From contig JBBQZC010000002.1 of assembly GCA_038208115.1 (NCBI GenBank), positions 55,233 through 119,232 of the forward strand: a DNA stretch of 64,000 bases. Reading direction: 5' to 3'. The notes under the pieces are model-generated. The model was given only the letters and a program-made list of their open reading frames with translations. It searched no databases and was not told where the DNA came from. How positions within the stretch are numbered: the first letter of the stretch is position 1; every line of letters begins with the position of its first letter. The translations under genes and the position numbers were made by a program. This document shows positions 11,091 through 21,728 of the stretch, one piece after another. The stretch is from Candidatus Moraniibacteriota bacterium. GTDB taxonomy: Bacteria; Patescibacteriota; Minisyncoccia; Moranbacterales; GCA-2747515.

Positions 11091-13040
11091 TTATACACCA
11101 CATTGTTTATGTAGTGCATCTACGAGACAGGCAAATTCTATGCGAGCAACACACACCACTTCATCAGCACCACCATAATACACATATAATTCTTCTTCAA
11201 ACGGCACCACACCACATGAAAATACTGTACCTGGTCGCAGACCTTTGTTTTCATAATCAGCACGCGGCTCAAGAATTGGATAATCCAATCGTGCTGTAAT
11301 AGCACCTCTCTCCAAATCAAACATCGCAGCGCCCAGTCGATACTGCCCATCATGTTTAGAAAGAGCATGATAAATCAACAACCATTCATTTCCCACTTTG
11401 ATTGGAGGACCTGCAATACCTACTTTTTCACTGTCCCATGAATCTGGTCGTGAACACATAATACTTCGTCCACCCAATGTGCGACCTTCTTCAAATTTTA
11501 AATCATCTACATAATCGATCCAAATCGTATGCTTAAGTCGATGAAAAAATACATATTTACCATTTATTTTTTCCGATACGAGACACGCATTTTTGTCATC
11601 CATCCCATCTGGAGAGATCAGTATTGGCATTGTCCATCTTTCCCATTTTTGTTTACGAAAATCATCCACACTGATCGACGTAAAAGCTACTCGTGCCGGA
11701 CCATGTCCATTGTATGCTGTATAACACATATAAAATCTATCATCCATACGCGTGATTCGTGCATCCTCACATCCAGAATTACCAGGCTCTTCCCGCACCT
11801 CTTCAGGAATGCGTGGCACATATATCGGTTGATCATTCTTTTTGACAAGATGAAATCCATCTGCAGTCGCTGCATAACCCACATACGATGTATCATTTTC
11901 ATCTTGTGCACGGTATAATATATGGATCAAACCATCATCATAAATTGCCGTAGGATTGAGGACATATTTTGATTCCCATCCGCCATCATGTGTTGGCTCT
12001 ATGATTGGATTACCTTCAAATCGCTCCAAGGCAACTGGCACGACACCTTCGCCTGCATATTCTTCACAATCTTTCAATTTAATATATGAAAGCAATTCTT
12101 TTAATGACAACATTGCCATCGCACACACTGTATCTGCTGCACCATAATATAATCGCAATTCATCATCTTCCAAAGTCAAGCCTGAAGGAAATGCAATATT
12201 TGGCACAACACCATACCGTTCATATACTTCATCTGGTTGAATAAGTGGTCGCACACTACGCCCAATCACATGAATTGGATTATCAAGCTCAAGAAGCGAC
12301 GTTTCAATACCAAAAACTGGACTTCCTGAGCGATAGTGACGAATATATGAATAAACCATAAGCCATCCTTCACTGGTTTTGACTGGCGGAGCACCCACTT
12401 CAATATGATCTTCAAGCGACCGCTGAAAATGCAATGTATGAGCATCCAGATCCTTCATCCATTCCAACCAAAATTTAGGATCCCATATCTGTTCTGGCGT
12501 ATCAAACTCTGCAAGCATAACGCGCACTGGAGGAATGTCTGTATTCATTGTAAACATTGCTACGATTTTTCCATTAATCTTCTCAGGAAAAAACACCATT
12601 GCTTTTGAGTTGAAGTGTGTGACGTGATGCTTTTCTTTGATCGTTTTGAAATCCTCGGTAATAGCAATACCAATAGAGATACCATTTGGCGTATGCGGAT
12701 AATCAGAGAGTGCGGTATATGTGATGTAATATTTTCCATCAATCTTTGTTACTCGTGGATCTTCACAGCCATATTGTTCCCATATCTCTTCTGGTGCAAT
12801 TAATTGTCGTCTTTCTCCAGTAAAACTCATACCGTCTTCACTGAATGTATAACCAATCGTAGAGAGCTCCATCACATCTCTTTTATATTTCTGCTCATAC
12901 GACTGTGCACGATACAAAAAATGATATCCTTTTTTATCTCTAATCGGACAGCCGTTGAACACTGCTTGCGCCTCCCATGAAATTGAACGGTCAGGTCCCA
13001 AAACAGGATTATTTGGATATCTTTTAATATTAATATTCAT
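11091..13040 (-). CDS. Tandem double GH130 glycosidase/phosphorylase
   Basis: Two domains, each with NP(V/I), FN/LNP, GCED(P/A)R and YYG(A/G)AD motifs; likely start MNINIKRY at 13040. Confidence 0.85.
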   Translation of the reverse strand: MNINIKRYPNNPVLGPDRSISWEAQAVFNGCPIRDKKGYHFLYRAQSYEQKYKRDVMELSTIGYTFSEDGMSFTGERRQLIAPEEIWEQYGCEDPRVTKIDGKYYITYTALSDYPHTPNGISIGIAITEDFKTIKEKHHVTHFNSKAMVFFPEKINGKIVAMFTMNTDIPPVRVMLAEFDTPEQIWDPKFWLEWMKDLDAHTLHFQRSLEDHIEVGAPPVKTSEGWLMVYSYIRHYRSGSPVFGIETSLLELDNPIHVIGRSVRPLIQPDEVYERYGVVPNIAFPSGLTLEDDELRLYYGAADTVCAMAMLSLKELLSYIKLKDCEEYAGEGVVPVALERFEGNPIIEPTHDGGWESKYVLNPTAIYDDGLIHILYRAQDENDTSYVGYAATADGFHLVKKNDQPIYVPRIPEEVREEPGNSGCEDARITRMDDRFYMCYTAYNGHGPARVAFTSISVDDFRKQKWERWTMPILISPDGMDDKNACLVSEKINGKYVFFHRLKHTIWIDYVDDLKFEEGRTLGGRSIMCSRPDSWDSEKVGIAGPPIKVGNEWLLIYHALSKHDGQYRLGAAMFDLERGAITARLDYPILEPRADYENKGLRPGTVFSCGVVPFEEELYVYYGGADEVVCVARIEFACLVDALHKQCGV

Positions 13041-13053
13041 AGTGAGTATTATT

Positions 13054-14904
13054 TTATTTATTAATTTCCATCTTGACTTCACCAGTTCTCTTTAGATCAT
13101 CAAGAAATTTGCCCAGAGGAGCTGTCGCCACACACACATATGCATCAGAACCACCATAATAAACAAAAATTGTGTCATCTTTTACAACTGCTCCGCATGC
13201 ATAAATGACTCCCCATTTATGACCGTCATTTTCATAAGACTCCTGTGGTTCGAGAATTGGCTTAGTGGATCTATATAACACTTTTGTCGGATTATCAATA
13301 TCAAGTAACAAAACTCCCACTCTATAGCGATCAGAGTTTTTGTGATCCATGGCATGATAAAAAACAAGCCATCCATCTTCAGTTTTGATAGGAGCCGGAC
13401 CTACCCCACGAAACCAACTATCCCACGTTCTCGTAGGATCGATTGGTCTTGTGTTATTACTTTTTATAAATGTCTGACCATCTAGCTTATCCAGATCATC
13501 AAAATAATCAATCAGGATTTCTGGGCAAAAGCTGTGTAATATTGCAAATTTACCATTAATCTTTTCTGGAAAAAGCACCCAATTTTTATTTTTTTCTCCT
13601 GGTGGAGAGATTAATATTGTCTTCTTCCAATTCCAGCGTTTATTTATGAAGTCATCCCAGTCAATCGATGCGAGAGCTACACGGACTGATCCCCATCCAT
13701 CAAAGGCTGTAAATGTCATATATACCACATCATCAATAAGGACCATTCGCGGATCCTCACATCCTCCGTTGCTATTATTACCAGATGTATATGGGTCCGG
13801 AAATGATGTATGTACAAACTGTGTTTTCCTCCTATATATATATTGTGCTGACCTTTCTTCTATAGTCAGACCATCTACGCTCGATGCATATCCCAAAACT
13901 GAGATTGAGTCATGTCCTTCAGCTCTATATACAATATGAATTATGCCATCACGTACTATCGCTGTAGGATTATATGTTGCTCGAGATTCCCATGCATGAT
14001 ATTCACGAGGCATGATGATTGGATTACAATGCGCTCGTTCAAGAGCCATCATCTCATCTTCATCATTTTCAGACTCTTGTTCATTCTCATCTTTTTCTAC
14101 TGAAGAAATCTCACGTGATGATTCATGATCATAAAAATGTCGTAACAAGTACATTTCTCCAGATTCATTCATCCAGTATGACACGAAATAATCGTCAAAA
14201 ACAACCGCACCAAATAATATTGAGAGTTTTTCTTTTGTATTATGTGTCTCATAAATCGGACGTTCTGACTTCCACAATAATCGTGTAGGGTCGCCATAAT
14301 CAAACAACGCTCCATAGATTTTATATTCATCTATACAGCATTCACTACTAATCGCACTATACAAGACAAATACCCCATCATCTACGACCTGTACATCGAG
14401 CACAAATAGTTCTTTTTCAAAATCATTATAATTGATCGCAATCAAATCTTTCTTTGCCCGTGTCCACCGCCTCAGATCTGTCGAAACAAAAAGCCGTATC
14501 GCATCACCGCCACCATACATGACATTACGCCCAGCATACCAATAATCAGAAACAATTTTTGCATTACCCGGATTCTTCTCGATTTCCTCCAATTTTTCCC
14601 AATCTATTAAATTGTGCGAGCGAGCAATACATAATTTTTCCTCATCAAAAACACGATACGTAAGATAATAGATTTTTCCGTCTTTAGACATATGGAAAGA
14701 ACTACACCGATCGAAATCATCAGCTGGTCCAGTAATATTCACAATCTTTGCGTTTGATGTAAGTGTAGTGAAATTAATCCCATCATCACTGTGGCGCACA
14801 GTAAAAGTCCCATGTTTAGCGTCATCTTCGCCCCATAAAAATAAATATGATTTCTGACTAATTAGTGCTGAACCGAGACCCTGCACCATTTTTTTGTTTT
14901 CCAT
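13054..14904 (-). CDS. GH130-family protein with degenerate N-terminal propeller
   Basis: C-terminal half has YNPTA, GGCEDPR, KNKNW, YYGGSD; N-terminal half is propeller-like without these motifs. Confidence 0.85.
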   Translation of the reverse strand: MENKKMVQGLGSALISQKSYLFLWGEDDAKHGTFTVRHSDDGINFTTLTSNAKIVNITGPADDFDRCSSFHMSKDGKIYYLTYRVFDEEKLCIARSHNLIDWEKLEEIEKNPGNAKIVSDYWYAGRNVMYGGGDAIRLFVSTDLRRWTRAKKDLIAINYNDFEKELFVLDVQVVDDGVFVLYSAISSECCIDEYKIYGALFDYGDPTRLLWKSERPIYETHNTKEKLSILFGAVVFDDYFVSYWMNESGEMYLLRHFYDHESSREISSVEKDENEQESENDEDEMMALERAHCNPIIMPREYHAWESRATYNPTAIVRDGIIHIVYRAEGHDSISVLGYASSVDGLTIEERSAQYIYRRKTQFVHTSFPDPYTSGNNSNGGCEDPRMVLIDDVVYMTFTAFDGWGSVRVALASIDWDDFINKRWNWKKTILISPPGEKNKNWVLFPEKINGKFAILHSFCPEILIDYFDDLDKLDGQTFIKSNNTRPIDPTRTWDSWFRGVGPAPIKTEDGWLVFYHAMDHKNSDRYRVGVLLLDIDNPTKVLYRSTKPILEPQESYENDGHKWGVIYACGAVVKDDTIFVYYGGSDAYVCVATAPLGKFLDDLKRTGEVKMEINK

Positions 14905-15022
14905 TTGTTATATAATCTAATCTTCTATAATATTCATTATAAAACGAAGTGCAAAAAAAAACAAACATCTCTCCATATATATTTTTCAGCATGATGCATT
15001 ACACTTTAAGTTAAATGTACTA

Positions 15023-15051
15023 TTGACTTTATTTAGTTAATGTGTAAACTA
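15023..15051 (+). promoter_or_regulatory. marR promoter with palindromic operator
   Basis: TTGACT...TAAACT; TAGTT-N8-AACTA inverted repeat at 15034-15051 overlaps the -10. Confidence 0.5.
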
Positions 15052-15074
15052 TTAACATATTAACAATTCATATT

Positions 15075-15530
15075 ATGCAAACAATACCTGAATCGATCAT
15101 GTGTGTCGCCATACGACTTGAACGCATTGCTGATCATCATATTTTTCGTCATGTGGATCTCTCTGCAATGAGCGTAAAAATACTTTTTATCATCAACGAT
15201 GCTGCATCAATCACACCATCAGCCATACAAGAAATTGTCGGCGGAACCAAATCAAACATCAGTCAACGTCTCAATTATCTGGAAAAAAAGAAATATCTTT
15301 CTCGCAAACATAATAAAAATACAGACAAACGTACAGTATCAATCGTATTGACACCACTCGGCAAAAAAAAGATTGCGGTAGTCAATAAGTGGCTTCTTAA
15401 AACAAATCTCAGTCTTGAAAAAAACTTTACTCAAAAAGAACTGACCTCGCATTTTGCCTTCATGCAAAAACTCCATACTATCATTGACGACGTGGAGCAC
15501 GAAAAGACATTCACATGTAATCATAACTAA
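15075..15530 (+). CDS. MarR-family regulator
   Basis: wHTH SNISQRLNYLEKKKYL, DKR, LTPLG. Confidence 0.88.
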   Translation: MQTIPESIMCVAIRLERIADHHIFRHVDLSAMSVKILFIINDAASITPSAIQEIVGGTKSNISQRLNYLEKKKYLSRKHNKNTDKRTVSIVLTPLGKKKIAVVNKWLLKTNLSLEKNFTQKELTSHFAFMQKLHTIIDDVEHEKTFTCNHN

Positions 15531-15541
15531 TTATTACTTTT

Positions 15542-16618
15542 ATGAAATTCAAAATTATTTTTGCAATTTTTGCAATCACAATTATATCAATATTCGTTTA
15601 CAGATTTACGCAACAAAAACCTACACCAGAAGCTGTAGAAACTAAATTACCCCAGACTGTTTCCGTACAAAGCGCACGCGATAGTGTCCGCTCAATACAA
15701 AAAAATACTTATCCCGCCATTATTACAGGCGACCAGCAAGCTGTTATTACGGCGAGCACAAACGGCATAATCTCAAATCTGCATTTTGACCTTGGGACAT
15801 ATGTTACTCAAGGCAAGCAACTTGCAACTATTGATACAATCGGATCAAATTCCACCATTGGAGAAAATGGGCTGCGCAGCAGTCAAATCCAAGCGCTCGA
15901 ATTACATGTCCAATCCACAGAACAATCGTATAAAAAAGCCAAGGATGCGTATAAAAAAGATAAATCTTATGCGAATAAAAAATCCAGAGAAATCGCACAA
16001 ATCGATCAAGAATCAGCGCAAATTGCTCTGAATGGAGCTCTCGACGGGCAATTTGTTACAGCACCAATCTCTGGCACAATAGTCGAACGCACGATATCAC
16101 TCGGCGATTCCGTATCACCCGGTCAAAGGATCGCAACAATATCAAAAACTGGTCTTACAAAGATTCAATTTTACGTCAGTAAAACTGAACTACCCTTTGT
16201 CACTGTCAACGATCACATCATGCTCGATATAGATAATCACACTATTGAAAGCATTGTTACAGTTGTTTCTCCACAAGCTGATCCTGCGACCAAAAGATTT
16301 CTTATCGAAGCAAGCCCTTTGGACAAAAAACCTCTCATAATTGGTTCAATTGCATCAGTGTCATTTGACATTGAACGCACACCCACTGATCACAAAAATA
16401 TTATATTACCTCTTTCTGCGATCACAGTTGGACAAAATGAAAGCTATATATTTGTTTTGGATGGCAACACGGCAAAAAAGATTGTTGTTACAGTAGCATT
16501 AGTACAAGGTGAAACGGCTGAGGTGACGAGTACAGAAATCTCAGAAGATACACAAATCATTATTGATGGAAATAAGCTCGTGAGTGATGGTGACGCCGTA
16601 CAATCCATTCAATCGTAA
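15542..16618 (+). CDS. RND efflux periplasmic adaptor subunit
   Basis: N-terminal TM, lipoyl halves, APISG, VSPQADPATK, LPLSAI. Confidence 0.88.
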   Translation: MKFKIIFAIFAITIISIFVYRFTQQKPTPEAVETKLPQTVSVQSARDSVRSIQKNTYPAIITGDQQAVITASTNGIISNLHFDLGTYVTQGKQLATIDTIGSNSTIGENGLRSSQIQALELHVQSTEQSYKKAKDAYKKDKSYANKKSREIAQIDQESAQIALNGALDGQFVTAPISGTIVERTISLGDSVSPGQRIATISKTGLTKIQFYVSKTELPFVTVNDHIMLDIDNHTIESIVTVVSPQADPATKRFLIEASPLDKKPLIIGSIASVSFDIERTPTDHKNIILPLSAITVGQNESYIFVLDGNTAKKIVVTVALVQGETAEVTSTEISEDTQIIIDGNKLVSDGDAVQSIQS

Positions 16619-16648
16619 TCATCTTTTTTTAATCTTCAACTTTCTATC

Positions 16649-19600
16649 ATGAAAAATTCACATCTTTCAAAATCATCTGATGAAAAAAAAGAATTCACTT
16701 CCAGTGATCTCGCATATCTCGATAAACTAAAATTCAATCCGAATCTTGCAAATGGGTGGCTTAATTTTTTTGTTGCTAATTTTCGTGTGGTAGTTCTTCT
16801 CATTCTCCTTTTGTCTGGTTGGGGTATTTATTCATATATTAAACTCCCTCGCGAATCAAGTCCAGAGGTAAAAATTCCGATTGCTGTCATCACAGCCGTT
16901 TATCCTGGTGCGTCTCCTACAGACGTAGAAGAGTTAGTCACAAAAAAAATTGAAACAGATATTTCTGGTGTTTCTGGCATTGACAAGATTACGTCCAGCT
17001 CCACAAATTCATTTTCTGCTGTCACAGTTGAATTTGGTGCAAATGAAAATCTTGATAATTCTGTTCGCAAACTTCGTGACAGACTCGCAACGATTCGTAC
17101 CAATCTCCCTGACGATGCCAATGATCCTGAAGTCGTAGAAATATCACTTGATGACGCACCGATTGTCACTTTTGAACTCACAGGTTCCTATGATGGATTC
17201 ACACTTCGCGCTCAAGCAGAAAAAATCCAAGATGAACTTGAAAAAATTTCTGGTATTCGTGAAGTAAAAATCTCTGGCGGTGATGAAAAGGAGTTTGATA
17301 TTTATTATGATCCACAAAAGTTATCATTTTATAATATATCTGTCGAGCAGGCAAATCAAGCAATTCGCGCGACAAATCGTGCAGTTCCAGCTGGAAACTT
17401 TGATGGTGAAACATATTCTTATCCTGTGCGCACAGATGGACGTTTTTATGATGCTGTAACAATTGGAAACATCCCTATTTTTCATACAGATAACAATTCG
17501 ATTGTTTATCTCAAAGATGTTGCACGCGTTGAAGTAAATGCTATAGAAAAATCAATTCTCTCTCGATTTTCACAAAATGGCGCACCACCACAAAATGCTG
17601 TGAGCATCCAAATTATCAAAAGAACTGGAAGCTCCATTCTTGATACTGTCAACAAAGTGCAAGATGCTCTAGAAAAACAATCAAAAACCTTTCCAAAAGA
17701 CATGACATATGTCACAACGATCAATATGGCGGATTACATCCGGCAAGATTTTGATCAATTATTTCATGATTTCTTAATTACTCTTACACTTGTAATTATT
17801 GTACTTTTTCTTGTTGTTGGCCTCAAAGAAGCATTCGTTGCTGGACTCGCGATTCCACTTGTATTCTTTTTTACATTTGGTGTAATGCAAGCAACAGGAA
17901 CATCGCTCAATTTCCTTTCTATTTTTTCCCTCTTGCTCGCGCTCGGACTTCTTGTTGATGATGCAATCGTTGTCGTCAGTGCAACCAAACAATACATGAA
18001 AACAGGAAAATTTACGCCAGAGGAAGCGGTGCTTCTTGTGCTCAATGACTTCAAGGTTGTCTTGACTACGACAACATTGGCTACAATGTGGGCATTTCTT
18101 CCTCTCCTTATGGCTTCTGGTATGATCGGACAATATATCAGATCTATCCCAATTACTGTTTCTGTCACACTTGGATCATCACTTCTGATCGCTCTCATGA
18201 TAAATCACCCCCTTGCAGCCGTACTTGAACGCATTCGTCTTACCAAAACATTTTTCTTTATCATTTTTATTGGATTACTCTTTGCAGGATTTATTGGTAT
18301 TGCAACCCATACGACGTTTGGATTTATTTTAGCATCCATCTTTTTTGTTACCGCTATAATCATACTGTCGTGGTATTTCGGAAAAGGAAAATTAATTACA
18401 CAAAAAAATAAAGATCTTGTAGAAGCAGAATGGCGCAATGATGAACTCATTAAACACAAGCTCCTCGTACAAGGACAGCGTGAGTCAGGTACATTTTTTG
18501 ACAGACTTATTCATGGCATCATTCATTTTGATCGGGCTATCCCATTGTATGAAAAATACCTCCGCAAAGTAACACACTCACGCAAAGCACGACTCACATT
18601 CATTGGCACAATCTTTGTCATATTTATCATTGCCATGTCACTTCCTGCTATCGGCATTGTAAAAACTGAATTTTTTCCTGTATCTGATGCAGAAGAAATC
18701 TATATCAGTATGCGTGCACCATCAGGGTTAATTCTCGAGCATTCAGACCATATCATTCAAGAAGTAGAGAAACAACTTTATAAATATCCTGAAATTCTGA
18801 ACTTTGCCACACTCGTTGGCAACCCCGGAAGTGGCGGAGATATTGGTATTACACAAAATACATCAAACACAGCATCTATCACGATTAAGTTATCACCCCT
18901 AAAGAAAAGGGAGAAAAAATCTTATGAAATTGCAGACGCCCTACGTGCTGATGTTGCACATATCCAAGATGCAACAATCACTATAAGTAGCCCATCTGGC
19001 GGACCACCAGCCGGTGCAGCGTTTCAAGCACAAATCACTGGAGATGATCTACAAACTCTCAATCGTATTGCAGATGAACTCAAACCATTACTTGATGCAA
19101 TTCCTGGTGTTATTAATAGTGACATTTCTCTCAAAGATGCTCCTGCAGAATACACATTTTCACTCGATACAGCAAAAATGGAATTATACAGTGTAAATGC
19201 AACACTCGTTGGCACGACACTTCGCACTGCCATATCTGGCACAACTGTCACAACTGTCATCGATGGTAATAAAGACATAGATGTCGTAGCAAAGTATGAT
19301 CAAACAAAAATTCCAGATCTAGAATCAATCCAAAACATGCAAATCCTTAACACAATGAACCAGCCAATCTATCTTAAGGATGTTGCAACAATATCGCTAA
19401 CTCCATCTGTTGAATCAATTACACGCATCGATCAAAAAAGAACAGTTCTTCTCAAGGCAGACGCACGTGCAACCACGAGTTCTACAGAAATCCTCAAACA
19501 ATTTACAGAAAAACTCACAAACGACTACAGACTCCCAGAAGGATATAAAATCAGTTACGGTGGCGAAAATGAGCAAAACACGGAATCCGTGCAATCAATT

Positions 19601-20074
19601 CTCCGTGCAATGATCATTGCTGGTCTTTTAATCTTCTCCACAATGATCATACAATTCAATTCCTTCAAAAAGGCACTGATTGTACTCGTGACACTTCCAC
19701 TTGCTCTCATCGGCACCTTTTTTGGTCTTGCAATATTTGGCATTAGCCTCAGTTTTCCTGGTCTCATCGGCATTCTCGCGCTCTTTGGTATTGTCGTTAA
19801 AAATGCCATTATCCTCATTGACAAGATCAATCTCAATATCAAAAGCGATATTCCGTTTTATGATTCCGTGATCGATGCTGGGAAATCTCGTCTTGAAGCC
19901 ATTTTCGTTACGTCAATCTGTACGATATTTGGGCTTGTTCCGATCACATTATCCAATGAACTGTGGCGCGCACTCGGTAGTGCAGTGATATTCGGGTTAA
20001 TTCTTTCATCATTACTCACATTATTTCTCGTGCCTGTACTATTTATTACATTTGTCAAAGATAAAAAACTGTAA
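16649..20074 (+). CDS. RND efflux permease (AcrB/AcrD/AcrF family)
   Basis: 1141 aa; YPGASP, GLLVDDAIVV, GIVVKNAIILID. Confidence 0.93.
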   Translation: MKNSHLSKSSDEKKEFTSSDLAYLDKLKFNPNLANGWLNFFVANFRVVVLLILLLSGWGIYSYIKLPRESSPEVKIPIAVITAVYPGASPTDVEELVTKKIETDISGVSGIDKITSSSTNSFSAVTVEFGANENLDNSVRKLRDRLATIRTNLPDDANDPEVVEISLDDAPIVTFELTGSYDGFTLRAQAEKIQDELEKISGIREVKISGGDEKEFDIYYDPQKLSFYNISVEQANQAIRATNRAVPAGNFDGETYSYPVRTDGRFYDAVTIGNIPIFHTDNNSIVYLKDVARVEVNAIEKSILSRFSQNGAPPQNAVSIQIIKRTGSSILDTVNKVQDALEKQSKTFPKDMTYVTTINMADYIRQDFDQLFHDFLITLTLVIIVLFLVVGLKEAFVAGLAIPLVFFFTFGVMQATGTSLNFLSIFSLLLALGLLVDDAIVVVSATKQYMKTGKFTPEEAVLLVLNDFKVVLTTTTLATMWAFLPLLMASGMIGQYIRSIPITVSVTLGSSLLIALMINHPLAAVLERIRLTKTFFFIIFIGLLFAGFIGIATHTTFGFILASIFFVTAIIILSWYFGKGKLITQKNKDLVEAEWRNDELIKHKLLVQGQRESGTFFDRLIHGIIHFDRAIPLYEKYLRKVTHSRKARLTFIGTIFVIFIIAMSLPAIGIVKTEFFPVSDAEEIYISMRAPSGLILEHSDHIIQEVEKQLYKYPEILNFATLVGNPGSGGDIGITQNTSNTASITIKLSPLKKREKKSYEIADALRADVAHIQDATITISSPSGGPPAGAAFQAQITGDDLQTLNRIADELKPLLDAIPGVINSDISLKDAPAEYTFSLDTAKMELYSVNATLVGTTLRTAISGTTVTTVIDGNKDIDVVAKYDQTKIPDLESIQNMQILNTMNQPIYLKDVATISLTPSVESITRIDQKRTVLLKADARATTSSTEILKQFTEKLTNDYRLPEGYKISYGGENEQNTESVQSILRAMIIAGLLIFSTMIIQFNSFKKALIVLVTLPLALIGTFFGLAIFGISLSFPGLIGILALFGIVVKNAIILIDKINLNIKSDIPFYDSVIDAGKSRLEAIFVTSICTIFGLVPITLSNELWRALGSAVIFGLILSSLLTLFLVPVLFITFVKDKKL

Positions 20075-20103
20075 CACATGACCTTCTTATATTGTGGATA
20101 CAC

Positions 20104-20610
20104 TTATAAAATTCTTCGTCGAAAAAATGTTGCGATCTGTTTTTTAAATACCACGTAATTGATTTTCATAAAAAATCTTTGACTGATATGCAGAAAAACA
20201 TCACTGTAGTAGATGATACACATACAGAACAATATTATAAATGGAATTATGATACAAAAAATAATATTCATCTCTCTGTAAGCGGGCACAAAAGATGCAA
20301 AACTACGACTCACAATGTCACTTGTAAAAAAAACAAAAAATGCACCCACGCCAATCGCGCGCTGGTGCATTTTTTTGAAGATTTGTATAAATAGGATATA
20401 TGGAACACATGCCAACAAAACAATTATGCCAACTCCCCACAGTCGCCATACGACATCCAGCACACCTCCGAGTATTAGCATGGGCAAATCTAAAACTGTA
20501 TACCATAGCCCACCAAAAAATGTTAGAATGGCAACCACAGCGCTGCAGTTTTTTATGCTTTGAATTATTATTTTTTCCCCCATTATATTTTTTGTGTCAC
20601 TTTTTTTCAT
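20104..20610 (-). CDS. Hypothetical multi-TM membrane protein
   Basis: About 4 hydrophobic segments; probable start MKKSD. Confidence 0.5.
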   Translation of the reverse strand: MKKSDTKNIMGEKIIIQSIKNCSAVVAILTFFGGLWYTVLDLPMLILGGVLDVVWRLWGVGIIVLLACVPYILFIQIFKKMHQRAIGVGAFFVFFTSDIVSRSFASFVPAYREMNIIFCIIIPFIILFCMCIIYYSDVFLHISQRFFMKINYVVFKKQIATFFRRRIL

Positions 20611-20680
20611 TATAGCAGGTCCCCAGAAAAAACAAAAAAGAGAGGTCACTTAAGACATCTTTTTTTATGATTAAATCATT

Positions 20681-21022
20681 TTATTGAGTAATTGCATGCG
20701 TTGGACACGCACGCACCGCTTGTGAAATTGCATTCTGCGACGCGATTTCTTGAGAGATTACAGTGGCTTTATGTGTATCCATTTGCATCTGAAAATTTTT
20801 ATTTGCAATCCGCGCACATTTTCCACATCCTATACACTTTACAGGATCAACTGCAAGATTCGTATTTTTCATAATGTTAATTGATGCATCACTATTAGTT
20901 GAGATATTTGTCGACGTTTCATCATTTTTTGCGACCTGCTTATCACATCCATACACTATTGAAAAAAGAATAAATATCGATGATAATGAAACACTTTTTT
21001 TAAAATTCACATTCAATTTCAT
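20681..21022 (-). CDS. Lipoprotein-anchored single-cluster ferredoxin
   Basis: Start MKLNV (21022), lipobox-like IVYG-C, S/T/N linker, CIGCGKC...ACPTHAI. Confidence 0.75.
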   Translation of the reverse strand: MKLNVNFKKSVSLSSIFILFSIVYGCDKQVAKNDETSTNISTNSDASINIMKNTNLAVDPVKCIGCGKCARIANKNFQMQMDTHKATVISQEIASQNAISQAVRACPTHAITQ

Positions 21023-21091
21023 ATAATCAATTGTTATTATTAATACATTCTCTAGTACGCATACTATTTCTCTCATATTTCTCCACACCCA

Positions 21092-21172
21092 TTATTCATA
21101 ACGCAATGCATGAATTAGATTGAGTGTAGATGCACGTCGCGCAGGATAATAACCAAAAACAATGCCAATAAT
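21092..21172 (-). pseudogene. 3' remnant of a MacB-like ABC permease
   Basis: Translates [26 protein letters not shown], compared with [26 protein letters not shown] ending the gene at 58813. Confidence 0.8.
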
Positions 21173-21202
21173 TTTCAACAATTGAAGTATGTGTATAGCA
21201 AC

Positions 21203-21242
21203 ACCCCCCGAATACACAATTGTATTCGGGGGGTTTTATTTT
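21203..21242. terminator. Strong hairpin terminator
   Basis: ACCCCCCGAATACA-caat-TGTATTCGGGGGGT, perfect 14-bp stem. Confidence 0.75.
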
Positions 21243-21269
21243 GATAAAAATAGATTAACAGATAATATT

Positions 21270-21677
21270 TTAAAGCTTAAATTTCATTTCATTTTTCATT
21301 ATTCGCACTATATCATCTGTGGATGTCTTTACTTCACTTTTTGTTCCAAAAACTACAAGAATTTTTTCATCTTCAATATTAATACTCCTAATATTAATAA
21401 AATCTGTTGATTCGGCGATTGTGCTGTAATCAAATTCAAATGCAACTTGTTCCAATTTCTTTTTATCCGCATCGGAGATATCATCTCGTTTTATGACTGT
21501 TTTGAGTATTGTGAGGAAGTTTTCCTCTAGCTTTGGTGCGAGATTTCTGGCATGTATATGCACTAATGCATTACGAAAGATCTCTGCATATTGCGGTGCG
21601 ATATCATATTTTTTGGCGATCATGTCATGTTGTTTTGTGAGAGCTTCTTGTGTAAATGTGGTGAGTTCTTGGGTCAT
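21270..21677 (-). CDS. Hypothetical protein
   Basis: 135 aa ORF preceded by AAGGA. Confidence 0.6.
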   Translation of the reverse strand: MTQELTTFTQEALTKQHDMIAKKYDIAPQYAEIFRNALVHIHARNLAPKLEENFLTILKTVIKRDDISDADKKKLEQVAFEFDYSTIAESTDFINIRSINIEDEKILVVFGTKSEVKTSTDDIVRIMKNEMKFKL

Positions 21678-21728
21678 TTCCTTTTCCGGGAGAGTGTATT
21701 GTAATAAGAAAATATTATGAGATAATTA

